Shown here: piece after piece, positions 37,627 through 47,250 of the stretch
Numbering within the stretch: position 1 is the stretch's first letter
Layout: every line of letters begins with the position of its first letter
Assembly (NCBI GenBank): GCA_007119035.1
Contig: SKQL01000082.1
Span: 2,832 to 66,831, forward strand
DNA length: 64,000 bases
Direction: 5' to 3'
Source of the DNA: Nitriliruptorales bacterium
GTDB lineage: Bacteria; Actinomycetota; Nitriliruptoria; Euzebyales; Egibacteraceae
Position numbers and translations under genes: made by a program
Notes under the pieces: generated by a model
Database searches by the model: none
Seen by the model: only the letters and a program-made list of their open reading frames with translations
What the model was told of the DNA's origin: nothing

Positions 37627-37717
37627 CCACTTCGAGCGTCCTGGTCGCAAGTATGTATTTGCCGTCCAGCCTCACCTTGAGGGGGGCGCACACCGGCAAT
37701 CAGTCCGTTCTTGCAGG

Positions 37718-38599
37718 TCAACGGTCTTCTTGGGCGAGGTTCGTGCCCACGCCACGACCGAGGATGCCGAGCAGGCGCTGTAAATCCTCGACGCCCGCGT
37801 AATCGATGATGATCTTGCCCCGTCGCTCGTCGCCTGACAGTGCGACCTTGGTCGCAAGCGCGTCGGTCAAGCGGTCCTCGACATGTCGGAAGGGTCGAGG
37901 AGCGGGGGAGCGACCCGTCTCATCCTTGTCGGCCGGATCCTCGAGTGCGCGGCGGACGAGCTCCTCGGTCGCGCGGACGGAAAGGCCCTCGGCGACGACC
38001 CGCTTGGCAATCTGCTCCTGCAGACCCTCGTCCTCGATCCCCAGCAAGGCACGGGCATGCCCCGTCCGCAAGGTCCCCGCCGCAACCCTCTGCTGGAGGG
38101 GGGGCGACAATCCGAGCAGGCGAAGGGTGTTGGTGATCGCAGGTCGTGATCGGCCAAGCTGCTCAGCCAGCTGGTCATGGGTCAGCCCGAAGTCATCCAG
38201 CAATTGCTGATAGGCCGCTGCCTCTTCGAGGGGGTTGAGATCGACACGGTGGATGTTCTCCACCAGCGCTTCGGTGAGAAGTTGGGTGTCCTCCGTCTGG
38301 CGGACGACCGCGGGGACTTCATCCAGCCCCGCGAGACGCGCGGCACGGATGCGCCGCTCCCCGGCCACCAGCTCGTAGCGGCCCTCATCCAGGGGGCGAA
38401 CGAGGACGGGCTGGAGCATCCCGATGCGGCTGAGCGAATGCGCGAGCTCCTCGAGGCGCGCCTGATCGAACTCGCCCCGGGGCTGCTGCCGATTGGCCAC
38501 GATCGAGCTGATCCGCAGCACCAGGAAGCCGCTCTGCCCCGGCTCCCCCGCGGGGATAAGGGCGTCCAGCCCACGCCCGAGGCCACTGAGCCGGGTCAT
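37718..38599 (-). CDS. parB: Chromosome partitioning protein ParB
   Basis: GLGRGLDALI N-terminus, ParB box GERRIRAA and an HTH region. Overlaps the parA stop. Confidence 0.95.
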   Translation of the reverse strand: MTRLSGLGRGLDALIPAGEPGQSGFLVLRISSIVANRQQPRGEFDQARLEELAHSLSRIGMLQPVLVRPLDEGRYELVAGERRIRAARLAGLDEVPAVVRQTEDTQLLTEALVENIHRVDLNPLEEAAAYQQLLDDFGLTHDQLAEQLGRSRPAITNTLRLLGLSPPLQQRVAAGTLRTGHARALLGIEDEGLQEQIAKRVVAEGLSVRATEELVRRALEDPADKDETGRSPAPRPFRHVEDRLTDALATKVALSGDERRGKIIIDYAGVEDLQRLLGILGRGVGTNLAQEDR

Positions 38600-39510
38600 G
38601 TCCCCGCCCCCTCGTGCCCTGCCACGCTGGCGAGGCGCCCCTGGTCGAGGTCAGGGGGGCGGAATCGCAAGAGCAGTTCGTCGGCGAGTCGGTGGTAGGC
38701 GACCGCACCACGGGACCCTGGGTCGAATACCGTGATCGGCTGGCCGTAGGAGGGTGCTTCCGCGAGACGCACGGAGCGCGGGATGCGAGTGGAGAACACG
38801 CGGTCACCGAAATGCTTCTGCACGTTCTCAACGACCTGTTGACTCAGGCGGGTCCGGCCGTCATGCATCGTCAACACGAAACCGACTACCTCGAGCGCGG
38901 GATTCAAGTTCGCCTGGATCAGGTCGGTATTGCGCCGGAGGGTCCCCAGTCCCTCGAGAGCGTAGTACTCGCACTGGATCGGGACGAGGACCCCGTCCGC
39001 AGCGGTGAGGGCGTTGACGGTGAGGAGACCCAGGCTCGGAGGGCAATCGATGAGGATGTAGTCGAAGTCCTCCCGTGCGGTATCAAGTGCCCTCCGAAGC
39101 TTGCCCTCCCGGCTGAAGGCGCTGACGAGCTCTATCTCCGCCCCCGCCAGGTCGATGGTTGCGGGAACGACGAAGAGATTGCGAATCGCGGTCGGCTCTA
39201 TCGCGTCGTCGACCGGAATGTCATCCACCAGCACGTCATACACCGTGGCAGCCGCGTTCTCCCCCCGAACGCCCACGCCCGAGGTTGCGTTGCCTTGGGG
39301 GTCGAGGTCCACGAGCAGCACCCGACACCCGACCTGGGCGAGCGCCGCAGACAGACTTACTGCGGTGGTCGTCTTGCCGACGCCGCCCTTCTGATTGGCG
39401 ATGGTGACGACCCGGGCACCAGCTTCGCGACCGGGTGGAGACGAGCGCCCACCTGAGGTGGCACGATCCTGAGATGGTTTCACGTGGAACGCCTCCCTTG
39501 TACCTCTCAT
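38596..39510 (-). CDS. parA: Chromosome partitioning ATPase ParA/Soj
   Basis: Deviant Walker A KGGVGKTTT. The N-terminal extension codons (..FHVKP..) are encoded by a parS-like site. Confidence 0.9.
   Translation of the reverse strand: MRGTREAFHVKPSQDRATSGGRSSPPGREAGARVVTIANQKGGVGKTTTAVSLSAALAQVGCRVLLVDLDPQGNATSGVGVRGENAAATVYDVLVDDIPVDDAIEPTAIRNLFVVPATIDLAGAEIELVSAFSREGKLRRALDTAREDFDYILIDCPPSLGLLTVNALTAADGVLVPIQCEYYALEGLGTLRRNTDLIQANLNPALEVVGFVLTMHDGRTRLSQQVVENVQKHFGDRVFSTRIPRSVRLAEAPSYGQPITVFDPGSRGAVAYHRLADELLLRFRPPDLDQGRLASVAGHEGAGT
39476..39491. promoter_or_regulatory. parS-like centromere site GGTTTCACGTGGAACG
   Basis: Core GTTTCACGTGGAAC matches the parS consensus tGTTTCACGTGAAACa with one core mismatch. 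It lies within the first codons of parA. Confidence 0.7.
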
Positions 39511-39524
39511 CGCTCCCGCCCACG

Positions 39525-39540
39525 TGTTTCACGTGGAACA
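39525..39540. promoter_or_regulatory. parS site TGTTTCACGTGGAACA
   Basis: Matches 15 of 16 positions of the parS consensus. It lies 15 nt upstream of the parA start. Confidence 0.8.
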
Positions 39541-39599
39541 AGACAGACGCGGGTAGTACCAACTCCAAGTGCTCTCGACCCGCCTCGGCCCGCGATGAT

Positions 39600-40175
39600 C
39601 TAGGGGTGGTCGACCCCCAACGGACGCGCGCGCGGAATCCCATCGCCGCGAGGAACGCTCTCCGGGGACCGACCTTCTGCGCGCATCGTAACAAGCCAGG
39701 TGGCCCTGTCAGTGCCTTCGACTTCGACCACCCGGACGTTCCGCAACCTCAGCAGCTCCAAGGCAGGTCGCACGCGCTCGACTTCGCCGGCTACATCGGG
39801 CCCTCGGACTCCGACGATCACGCCACCAGGCACCACGAACCCGCGCGATAGCTCGAGTACCGTCGCCAGGGAGCCCACCGCCCGGCTTATCACCCCGTTG
39901 AACGTCTCACGGAAGCCGGCATCCCTCGCGAGGACTTCCCCGCGACCGGATACCGCCCTCACATTGGGCAGTCCGAGCTCATGTGCGAACTGCTCGACCG
40001 CCTGGATCTTCTTCGCGCGGGCATCGAGGAGCGTGAAGCTCGTTTCGGGGTAGCGCACAGCCAGGACGAGTCCGGGAAGCCCCCCACCGGTGCCAAGGTC
40101 AAGCCAGCGCTCACCCGCCGCGACGGGAGACTGCTCTCCGACAAGCAGCGACTCTCCCACGTGGCGTTCCCACAC
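39600..40175 (-). CDS. rsmG: 16S rRNA (guanine527-N7)-methyltransferase RsmG/GidB (canonical-start version; conserved N-terminus continues to about 40277)
   Basis: WERHVGESL, SAM motif LDLGTGGGLPGLVLA and GVISRAV. The first canonical start is GTG 40175. The 34 in-frame codons upstream (IRGLDRGQERQLETLARLLRTAPFNLLSKADREL) look like the genuine RsmG N-terminus. Confidence 0.85.
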   Translation of the reverse strand: MWERHVGESLLVGEQSPVAAGERWLDLGTGGGLPGLVLAVRYPETSFTLLDARAKKIQAVEQFAHELGLPNVRAVSGRGEVLARDAGFRETFNGVISRAVGSLATVLELSRGFVVPGGVIVGVRGPDVAGEVERVRPALELLRLRNVRVVEVEGTDRATWLVTMRAEGRSPESVPRGDGIPRARPLGVDHP

Positions 40176-40280
40176 GAGCTCACGGTCTGCCTTGGACAGG
40201 AGATTGAACGGCGCGGTGCGAAGAAGCCGGGCGAGCGTCTCGAGTTGCCGCTCCTGCCCGCGATCGAGGCCTCTGATCCT

Positions 40281-41066
40281 CTAGCCCTCGGGCTCGATGA
40301 TGACCCTGCGGCGCGGCTCGTTGCCCTCGCTCGTGGAGACCACACCGCTCGACTTCGCCACGAGGTCGTGCATCATCTTACGCTCGTAGGGGTCCATCGG
40401 CTCGAGGCGGACGGCCTCCTGCGACTCGCGGACCTCTGCGATGGCATCCCGGCACTTGTCACGAAGCTTGTCGAGCTGGCGCTCCCGATATCCTTCGACA
40501 TCGACCCGAACGTGCGACCTACGCTCGGTACGACGCTGCGTCGCGCACCGAACCAGCTCCTGCAACGCATCCAGGGTCGCGCCGCGGCGACCGATGAGCA
40601 GGCCGCTGCCGACCTCCGAGACGTTCACGATCGCCTGCTCCTCACGAACCTGGATCTCGATGTCACCGGGCAGGCCCAGTAGGTCGAGCATCCCCTCCAG
40701 GAAGTCGGCAGCGATCTCCGCCTCCTCGTCGAGTTGGTCGAGTCGCTCCTCCGGCGTCAGCTCGGGAGCCTCCTCCTCCACCGATTCGACATCGGTCTCG
40801 TTCTCGATGGCCTGCTCGCCATTCGTGCTGGTATCGGTCACGACGTCCTCCTGTTTCGGAGCCTCGGTGCCCAGGTCCTGTGGGGTGGGAAGAGGGGAAT
40901 CTGACAACGTGGCGCGCACCTTCGCGGGACGGCCGCCACCCAACCCGAGAAACCCTCCTCTGGGGTGCACGAGCACCTCGATCCGGGCCTCTCCGTTCGG
41001 CACCCCGAGTTGTCCCAGAGCGTTGGCGGTTGCCTCCTCGACCGTTGATCCGGTGCTCTCCACCAT
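40281..41066 (-). CDS. jag: Jag/KhpB-like RNA-binding protein (Jag_N, KH, R3H)
   Basis: In-frame ATG 41066 (MVESTGSTVEEATANALGQLGV = Jag_N), an acidic linker, a KH-like region IGRRGATLDALQEL and an R3H-like region ERKMMHDLV. Confidence 0.85.
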   Translation of the reverse strand: MVESTGSTVEEATANALGQLGVPNGEARIEVLVHPRGGFLGLGGGRPAKVRATLSDSPLPTPQDLGTEAPKQEDVVTDTSTNGEQAIENETDVESVEEEAPELTPEERLDQLDEEAEIAADFLEGMLDLLGLPGDIEIQVREEQAIVNVSEVGSGLLIGRRGATLDALQELVRCATQRRTERRSHVRVDVEGYRERQLDKLRDKCRDAIAEVRESQEAVRLEPMDPYERKMMHDLVAKSSGVVSTSEGNEPRRRVIIEPEG

Positions 41067-41095
41067 CCTCGTCACATTCGGCTCACTTTCGATTG

Positions 41096-41845
41096 TCAGG
41101 TCGTTTTCGCGGGATTCTGAGGCGGTCCCACGTTGCGGAACATCACCCATTGCTGACCCATGGTCCACACGTTGGTCGTCACCCAATAGAGCAGCACTCC
41201 CACAGGGATATTAAACGAGAAGACCAGCAGCATGATCGGCATCACGTACAGCAGGATCTTCTGCTGGGGCATCTGTGCGGACGCGGGATTCGACGCCATC
41301 ATCTGCTTCTGGGTGAGGAACGTCGTAGCGCCCATCAGGGCAACCAGCACAAAGGCCCCGAACCCTGCGTTCTGGGGAAACGAGGACAGGCTGTTTATCA
41401 GGAAGAAGCCTGCCTGGTCCAGCTCCTCCACCCGCCCGGAATAGAGCAGCCGGAACAGTGCGAAGAAGATGGGCGCCTGTGCGAGCAGTGGCAGGCAACC
41501 TGCCGCCGGGTTGACGTTGTGCTCCTTGTACAGGGCCTGCATCGCCTCCTGCTGCTTCTGGCGCTGCGCCTTGAACTTCTCCGGGTCCGTCTTTATCAGG
41601 CTGCGGTCGGTCTTGTACTTGTTCTGGAGCTTCTTCATCTCCGGCTGGATCTTCTGCATCGCCCGCATCGAGTTGATCTGCTTTATGGCGAGCGGTAGAA
41701 GGAGCACACGAACCAGGACCGTCAGCGCGATGATCGCAAAGGCCCACGAGTACTCACCCGTGAACCCCATCAGGCCGTTCAGGAATCGCAGCACCTGGCC
41801 GAGGCCGTCGACGAACTGGCCACCGAGTTCCACGATGCTTCCCAA
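41096..41845 (-). CDS. yidC: Membrane protein insertase YidC
   Basis: TTG 41845 with an AAGGAG RBS. LTVLVRVLLLPLAIKQ, MQKIQPEMKKLQNKYK and NPAAGCLPLLAQAPIFFALF blocks. Confidence 0.9.
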   Translation of the reverse strand: MGSIVELGGQFVDGLGQVLRFLNGLMGFTGEYSWAFAIIALTVLVRVLLLPLAIKQINSMRAMQKIQPEMKKLQNKYKTDRSLIKTDPEKFKAQRQKQQEAMQALYKEHNVNPAAGCLPLLAQAPIFFALFRLLYSGRVEELDQAGFFLINSLSSFPQNAGFGAFVLVALMGATTFLTQKQMMASNPASAQMPQQKILLYVMPIMLLVFSFNIPVGVLLYWVTTNVWTMGQQWVMFRNVGPPQNPAKTT

Positions 41846-41857
41846 GAGAAGGACTCC

Positions 41858-42139
41858 TTAGAAGGTTGACTGCCGTCGGGGCGGAACTCGGTCCACCCCG
41901 CCTGGATTGAACGGATGGCAACGGGCGATGCGACGCCCGGCCAGCCATGTACCGCGGATGCTCCCGTGCGTGGCAAGCGCCTCGTGAGCATAAGCGGAGC
42001 ACGTCGGCGCGAAGCGGCAGCGCGGTATGCCGCTCCGGGGCAGGAACTGGTAGAGGCGAATGCCTCCTTGGAGCGCACGCGTGAGGAGCCCAGGGGCCTT
42101 GCCCGAGTCATGCACTGCGTTCCCCACGTATGCCCGCAT
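41858..42139 (-). CDS. yidD: Membrane protein insertion efficiency factor YidD
   Basis: [36 protein letters not shown] signature. Start is uncertain (ATG 42139, GTG 42127 or GTG 42115) and overlaps the rnpA 3' end. Confidence 0.75.
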   Translation of the reverse strand: MRAYVGNAVHDSGKAPGLLTRALQGGIRLYQFLPRSGIPRCRFAPTCSAYAHEALATHGSIRGTWLAGRRIARCHPFNPGGVDRVPPRRQSTF

Positions 42140-42491
42140 TCGTGTCCGTGACCGCCGAGACCTCCCGAATGAGATGGGAGTAGGCGATGTCGGACGCCCC
42201 AGGCTTCGCCACGAGCACCGCATCCCTCCCGGGGGGAAGACCCGTCTCCCTAGCCGCCGCCCGCAGGCGCCTCTTGGCACGGTTGCGTGCCACCGCATGG
42301 CCCACCTTACGCCCTGCGACCACCGTCATCCGCGGCCTTCCCGCAGTGTCGACATCCCGCACATGCACGTCGACGTAACGGCCCCGCACCACCCGCCGCC
42401 CGCGAAACACCGCACGGATGTCCTCGGTACGGTGAAGCCGCTCCGGCGGCAGCCGGTCCATCGGGCGCAGGGTGGAGGGGCGCTCGGTCAA
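42108..42491 (-). CDS. rnpA: Ribonuclease P protein component
   Basis: Basic protein carrying the RNR-like motif [16 protein letters not shown], immediately downstream of rpmH. Confidence 0.85.
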   Translation of the reverse strand: MTERPSTLRPMDRLPPERLHRTEDIRAVFRGRRVVRGRYVDVHVRDVDTAGRPRMTVVAGRKVGHAVARNRAKRRLRAAARETGLPPGRDAVLVAKPGASDIAYSHLIREVSAVTDTNAGIRGERSA

Positions 42492-42493
42492 CG

Positions 42494-42628
42494 TCAGACG
42501 GTAAGCCGCTTACGGCCCTTGTCGCGCCGACGCTTCAACGTGGCCCGCCCCGCCCGGGTCCGCATCCGCGTGCGGAAGCCGTGACGGCGATGACGGCGCC
42601 GGTTCTTCGGTTGGTAGGTGCGCTTCAT
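42494..42628 (-). CDS. rpmH: 50S ribosomal protein L34
   Basis: [44 protein letters not shown] (44 aa). The track ORF over-extends upstream. Confidence 0.95.
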   Translation of the reverse strand: MKRTYQPKNRRRHRRHGFRTRMRTRAGRATLKRRRDKGRKRLTV

Positions 42629-42838
42629 GATCGCTCTCGCAGTGTCGTGGTGCTCACACGATGGGTGAGGTGTGTCGAACTCAGCTGCCGTGCGGCGAAT
42701 CGGATGGCGTCGGAGCCAACAATTGACTGTCCGGACGCACGGAAATGAGGGCGGTCTCGCGGGCCGCCAACGTGAGTCTAGGGTCCCCCATCCGGGGGTG
42801 CAACACACCCGGATGCCTGGATGGTCGACGGCCGACAC

Positions 42839-43120
42839 CTGTGGACATCTTTTTGCCCGCCCCTCTCCGGCGTCCCTATAATCCAGGCTTCAGGCGCTGT
42901 GTCGTCCGGGCCCGGGGGCGTGACCATAGGTACCGGTGGCCCAAGTCGTGTCGCGTCACCACTCTCATTCCTCGGTCGGGATCCCGGGCCCACGGCGGGA
43001 CCACCTCGACAGGAAGGTCGCTATCAATGCTGCTGCAAGGTACCGGAAACCGTTGGGGCCTCAAGATGAAACCTATATCACAACGCTGACGTCCACACCT
43101 GTTGACCAGCCTGTGGACAA
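42839..43120. promoter_or_regulatory. dnaA upstream region with DnaA-box-like 9-mers and a candidate promoter
   Basis: Boxes: CTGTGGACA at 42839..42847 (reverse complement TGTCCACAG), CGTCCACA at 43090..43097, and TGTGGACAA at 43112..43120 (reverse complement TTGTCCACA, an exact actinobacterial consensus match). Candidate promoter TTGCCC-N18-TATAAT at 42853..42882 on the + strand. Confidence 0.5.
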
Positions 43121-43190
43121 CGGCTACCCCCGCGAGGTCGCCCAGCACGTCCGAATCACATCAGAGTCACCTGCAACAGGAGGGCCATCC

Positions 43191-44600
43191 GTGTCCGATG
43201 AAACCGGACTAGATCTCGAGGATTTGTGGAAACGCACCCTCGTGGCAGTTGACCTGCAGCTCACGGGACCCGCGCAACGCGCCTGGCTCGACGAGACACA
43301 ACCGGTGGGTTACAGCCAGGACACCCTCTATCTCGCCGCCCCACACGGGTTCGCGCGGGAGCAACTCGACACGCGCTACGGCGACATCCTGCGGGCGGCG
43401 GTCACCGAGGCCGCGGGACGAGCGGTCAACGTGGTCGTCACCGTGCGCCCCGACTCCGGCCACGTCCCCACCCCGCCACCCGAGCCCGACCCCGTGCCCG
43501 AGCCCGTGCAGAGGATCTCCTACGCCCCCGAGTCCTTCCCCTCGGAGAGCACAGAGGGCAGCCCGGCCCTGAACGAGAAGTACACCTTCGACCGATTCGT
43601 CATAGGCGCGAGCAACCGCTTCGCCCACGCGGCCGCGTTCGCCGTGGCAGAGGCACCTGCGAAAGCCTACAACCCCCTCTTCGTCTACGGCGGCGCGGGT
43701 CTCGGCAAGACCCACCTCCTGCAGGCGGTCGGTCACTACACCACCAACCTCTATCCGCAGATGAAGGTGAGGTACGTCACCTCCGAGCAGTTCACCAACG
43801 AGTTCATCGATGCGATCTCGAACGGTCGGCAGGTCCCCTTCCAGCGCCGCTACCGGGACGTCGACGTCCTGCTGATCGACGACATCCAGTTCCTCGCCAC
43901 CAAGGAACGCACCCAGGAGGAGTTCTTCCACACATTCAACGCCCTCCACAACGCGGAGAAGCAGATCGTCATCTCATCGGACCGACCCCCCAAGCAGATC
44001 GGCCAACTCGAGGAGCGACTGCGGACTCGTTTCGAAATGGGCCTCCTCACCGACATCCAGCCACCCGACCTCGAGACCCGGCTCGCCATCCTCCGCAAGA
44101 AGTCTGCGCAGGAGCAGCTGCAAGTCCCCGACGAGGTGCTCGAGCTGATCGCGAGCAGGATCTCGTCCAACATCCGGGAGCTCGAAGGCGCACTCATCCG
44201 AGTGACCGCGTTCGCGAGCCTGCAGTCGACCACCCCCAGCCTCCAACTCGCCCAGATGGTGCTGAAGGACCTCTTCCCTGACGCCGGAGCCTCTGAGATC
44301 GGTGTCAGCCTCATCATGTCCGAGACCGCGACCTACTTCGGGCTCACGCTCGACGAGTTGTGCTCCACGAGCCGCACCCGCCAGCTCGTCAATGCGCGCC
44401 AGATCGCCATGTACCTCACACGCGAGCTCACCGACCTCTCGCTTCCCAAGATCGGGCAGGCTTTCGGGGGCCGCGACCATACGACGGTCATACATGCGAA
44501 CAACAAGATCAGCGGGCTGATGCAGGAGCGCCCCGCGATCTACGAGCAGCTCCAGGAGCTCACGAGCCGAATCAAGAGCGCCTCGAGGAGCGCCCGATGA
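43191..44600 (+). CDS. dnaA: Chromosomal replication initiator protein DnaA
   Basis: In-frame GTG 43191 with an AGGAGG RBS. AAA+ Walker [12 protein letters not shown], box VII and the C-terminal DNA-binding domain (DHTTVIHA). The 554-aa track ORF over-extends. Confidence 0.95.
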   Translation: MSDETGLDLEDLWKRTLVAVDLQLTGPAQRAWLDETQPVGYSQDTLYLAAPHGFAREQLDTRYGDILRAAVTEAAGRAVNVVVTVRPDSGHVPTPPPEPDPVPEPVQRISYAPESFPSESTEGSPALNEKYTFDRFVIGASNRFAHAAAFAVAEAPAKAYNPLFVYGGAGLGKTHLLQAVGHYTTNLYPQMKVRYVTSEQFTNEFIDAISNGRQVPFQRRYRDVDVLLIDDIQFLATKERTQEEFFHTFNALHNAEKQIVISSDRPPKQIGQLEERLRTRFEMGLLTDIQPPDLETRLAILRKKSAQEQLQVPDEVLELIASRISSNIRELEGALIRVTAFASLQSTTPSLQLAQMVLKDLFPDAGASEIGVSLIMSETATYFGLTLDELCSTSRTRQLVNARQIAMYLTRELTDLSLPKIGQAFGGRDHTTVIHANNKISGLMQERPAIYEQLQELTSRIKSASRSAR

Positions 44601-44930
44601 CGTTTCGCGCACACACGGTCACGCATGTGGACATCCTGTGGCCAACCGGTGGACGAGCGGTGCGCAACCGGGCGGTGTTCCACCTGGGGCGCAACTCACA
44701 AGACTGTCGTGGTAACACGACCCCGCACGATCCACACCACGTAGACAGCCTTGTGCCCAGGATGTCCACACGGGCGCGCGCTCATGGCCTGGGTCTTAGC
44801 CGCTTCTCCACAGGAAAGCCGGCCCCCTACTACGGCTACGCTCTAGATACATTCTGAGGTGAGAACCAGTAAGCACCCACGGAGATAGTGGATAAGGTGC
44901 CCTTCCCACCCGAACGACCAGGAGGCCTCG
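44601..44930. other. Probable oriC (dnaA-dnaN intergenic region) with a DnaA-box cluster
   Basis: At least 6 DnaA-box-like 9-mers: ATGTGGACA 44625..44633, TGTTCCACC 44677..44685, CGATCCACA 44728..44736, ATGTCCACA 44762..44770, TTCTCCACA 44804..44812 and GTGGATAAG 44888..44896. A relatively AT-rich stretch at about 44841..44880 is a possible unwinding element. Confidence 0.7.
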
Positions 44931-46055
44931 ATGAAGTTCAGAGCAGAGCGAGGGGAATTCGCCGATGCCTCGGCATGGGCACTGCGAACGGTCGGGGCCA
45001 GGGCGACCCTGCCCGCTCTCTCAGGAGTGCGGCTCGAGGTCAGCGGTGACCGGCTCGTGCTCGCCTCGACCGACCTCGAAGTGTCCAGCGAGTTGTCGAT
45101 CCCCATCCAGGGCGAGCGGGACGGCGTTGCCCTCGTGCCCGGGCGCTTGCTCGGTGATGTGGTGAAGAGCCTCCCGCATGCGGCGATCGAGGCAAGCGTG
45201 GACGCCGATCGCCTGAGGCTCAAGTGCGGGCGGGCACGATTCGATCTCCGACTGATGCCCGCAGAGGACTACCCGCCGCTGCCGCAGCCGGCCGAGGACG
45301 CCAGTACGGCGGTCATGAAGGCGCAGGACTTCGCCTCCATGGTCGCGCAAGTGGCGCGGGCGGCTAGCGCGGACGATGCTCGTCCCGTGCTCACGGGCGT
45401 GCAGCTCGATGCGGGCTCCCGGGGGTTGACCGCAGCGGCCACCGATTCCTACCGACTCGCGGTGCGCACCCTGCCGTGGGAGGAGCAGACCGAAGGCACC
45501 GTGCTCGTCCCACGACGAGCGCTCGAGGAGGCGCGTCGCAGCGCGGACAGCCTCGGTGGGGAGGTCCGCGTGGTCTTCGAAGCGGCGCAGGTCACCTTCG
45601 CGTTCGGCGATCGGCACCTCACCACGCGACTGATCGAGGGCAAGTTCCCCGACGTTCACCAACTCGTCCCATCCGGCTATGACAGGCGACTGGAAGCCGA
45701 CCGAGCGGAGCTCATCGAGGTCGTCAAGCGTGTCGCGGTCGTGGGTGACGCGAACACGACCTCCACCCCGGTGTCACTCCAGCTCACGGGCGACACTGTT
45801 CACGTGGCGGCGGGCAGCGGTGAAGTCGGGGAAGCGGAGGAGTCGCTCCCAGGTGCTCTGGAGGGGGATCCGCTGGACATCGCATTCAATCCCCGATACC
45901 TCGCAGATGGCCTGGACGCGATCAGCAGCGAGCGCGTCTACCTCGAGTTCCGAGACGAGCTGAAGCCGGCGGTGCTGCGTCCGGTTCCTCCCGAGGGCGG
46001 CCAGTCCGATCCGGACGGTGACTTCCTGTACCTGCTGATGCCGGTACGGGTTTGA
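44931..46055 (+). CDS. dnaN: DNA polymerase III beta sliding clamp
   Basis: 374 aa with a three-domain clamp pattern (MKFRAERGEF..., LTAAATDSYRLA, PLDIAFNPRYL). AGGAGG RBS. Confidence 0.95.
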   Translation: MKFRAERGEFADASAWALRTVGARATLPALSGVRLEVSGDRLVLASTDLEVSSELSIPIQGERDGVALVPGRLLGDVVKSLPHAAIEASVDADRLRLKCGRARFDLRLMPAEDYPPLPQPAEDASTAVMKAQDFASMVAQVARAASADDARPVLTGVQLDAGSRGLTAAATDSYRLAVRTLPWEEQTEGTVLVPRRALEEARRSADSLGGEVRVVFEAAQVTFAFGDRHLTTRLIEGKFPDVHQLVPSGYDRRLEADRAELIEVVKRVAVVGDANTTSTPVSLQLTGDTVHVAAGSGEVGEAEESLPGALEGDPLDIAFNPRYLADGLDAISSERVYLEFRDELKPAVLRPVPPEGGQSDPDGDFLYLLMPVRV

Positions 46056-46098
46056 GTGCTTCCGGCTGCAGTCCTCCCGGACGCTCGTAGGCCGGGGC

Positions 46099-47250
46099 GT
46101 GTACCTCGAGTCTCTGGAGCTCATCGACTTCCGGTCGTACGCGAGCGCCGAATGTCGGATCGGCCCCGGTGTCCGCGTGTTCACGGGCCCGAACGCCCAG
46201 GGCAAGACCAACCTGCTCGAGTCGGTTCAGTACCTCGCGACCGGGGGGAGCCACCGGGTCTCCGGCGATGCCCCGCTGGTGCGGTCGGGAGCTGAGGTCG
46301 CAGTCATCCGGGCCGCGGGACGGACTGCTGAGCGCCGCGTCACCGTCGAGCTCGAGATTCGTGCGTCGGGCAGGAACCGGGCACGACTGAACGGTCAGCC
46401 CCAAGGGCGGACCCGGGACGCGATCGGCGTCATCCGGGCGGTGATGTTCGCTCCCGAGGACCTCGCCCTCGTTCGAGGTGACCCCTCCGAGCGACGAGGC
46501 TTCCTCGACGAGCTGCTGGGGCAGCGTCGGCCCGCCTACAACGTCGCTCGGCAGGAGTACGAGCGCGTCCTCCGCCAGCGCAACGCTCTCCTCAAGGACG
46601 CCAGGCGGCGCGCAGGCGCCCCCGACGAGACCCTGGACGCGTGGACGGATGCGCTCGTGCGTGCGGGAGCGACGCTGATCGCCGCGCGGGTGGCGGTCGT
46701 CCATGCGCTTTCCGGGCCTGCGGAGGATGCGTATCGTGAGCTGCTCTCGGGCGCGGGGCAACCGGATGCGGCGAACCAGATCGAGTTGGCTTACGAGCTC
46801 TCGACGGGCAGGCGGCTCCAAGGCGATCCCGGCGAAGGGGTGCCCGATCCCGCGCTCCTGGCAGACGAGCTAAGGGAGGGCTTGATGGCCAGGGCCTCGG
46901 AGGAGCGCGATCGCGGACTGACACTCGCGGGGCCGCATCGCGACGAGCTTGCCCTGCGCATCGGCGACCTGCCCGCCAAGGGTTACGCGAGCCACGGGGA
47001 ATGCTGGTCACTCGCCCTGGCGTTGCGCCTCGCGAGTCGTGAGGTGCTCGCGGAGATCGGCGAGGAGCCGATCGTGTTGCTCGATGACGTCTTCGCGGAG
47101 CTCGACGAGCGACGTCGCGAGCGGCTTGCCGATCGGTGCGCCGGCTTCGAGCAGGTGCTCGTGACGGCCGCTGTCGACGATGATGTGCCCTTGCGGGGGC
47201 CCCGGTACACGGTACGGTCCGGGCACGTGGCGGCGTCCGGAGTCCTGTGA
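46099..47250 (+). CDS. recF: DNA replication/repair protein RecF
   Basis: Walker A GPNAQGKTNLLE, an SMC-like signature, and the Walker B block LLDDVFAELD. Confidence 0.9.
   Translation: MYLESLELIDFRSYASAECRIGPGVRVFTGPNAQGKTNLLESVQYLATGGSHRVSGDAPLVRSGAEVAVIRAAGRTAERRVTVELEIRASGRNRARLNGQPQGRTRDAIGVIRAVMFAPEDLALVRGDPSERRGFLDELLGQRRPAYNVARQEYERVLRQRNALLKDARRRAGAPDETLDAWTDALVRAGATLIAARVAVVHALSGPAEDAYRELLSGAGQPDAANQIELAYELSTGRRLQGDPGEGVPDPALLADELREGLMARASEERDRGLTLAGPHRDELALRIGDLPAKGYASHGECWSLALALRLASREVLAEIGEEPIVLLDDVFAELDERRRERLADRCAGFEQVLVTAAVDDDVPLRGPRYTVRSGHVAASGVL

Noticed and set aside
37627-37717. AT-richer ddl/parB convergent spacer as a possible sRNA or extra parS site.
   Set aside because: It contains no parS-like core and only a weak 5-bp hairpin (CCTCA-CCT-TGAGG). 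It is most simply a convergent termination zone.
42936-43190. 85-codon N-terminal extension of dnaA in the ORF track. Analogous upstream extensions occur for nadE, ino1, tadA, tadC, cpaB, murJ, the kinase, the aminotransferase, trpG, the sortase and pknB.
   Set aside because: The extensions lack homology-like sequence and overlap DnaA boxes, promoters or the preceding gene. They are replaced by internal starts that have an RBS or a 4-nt stop/start overlap.
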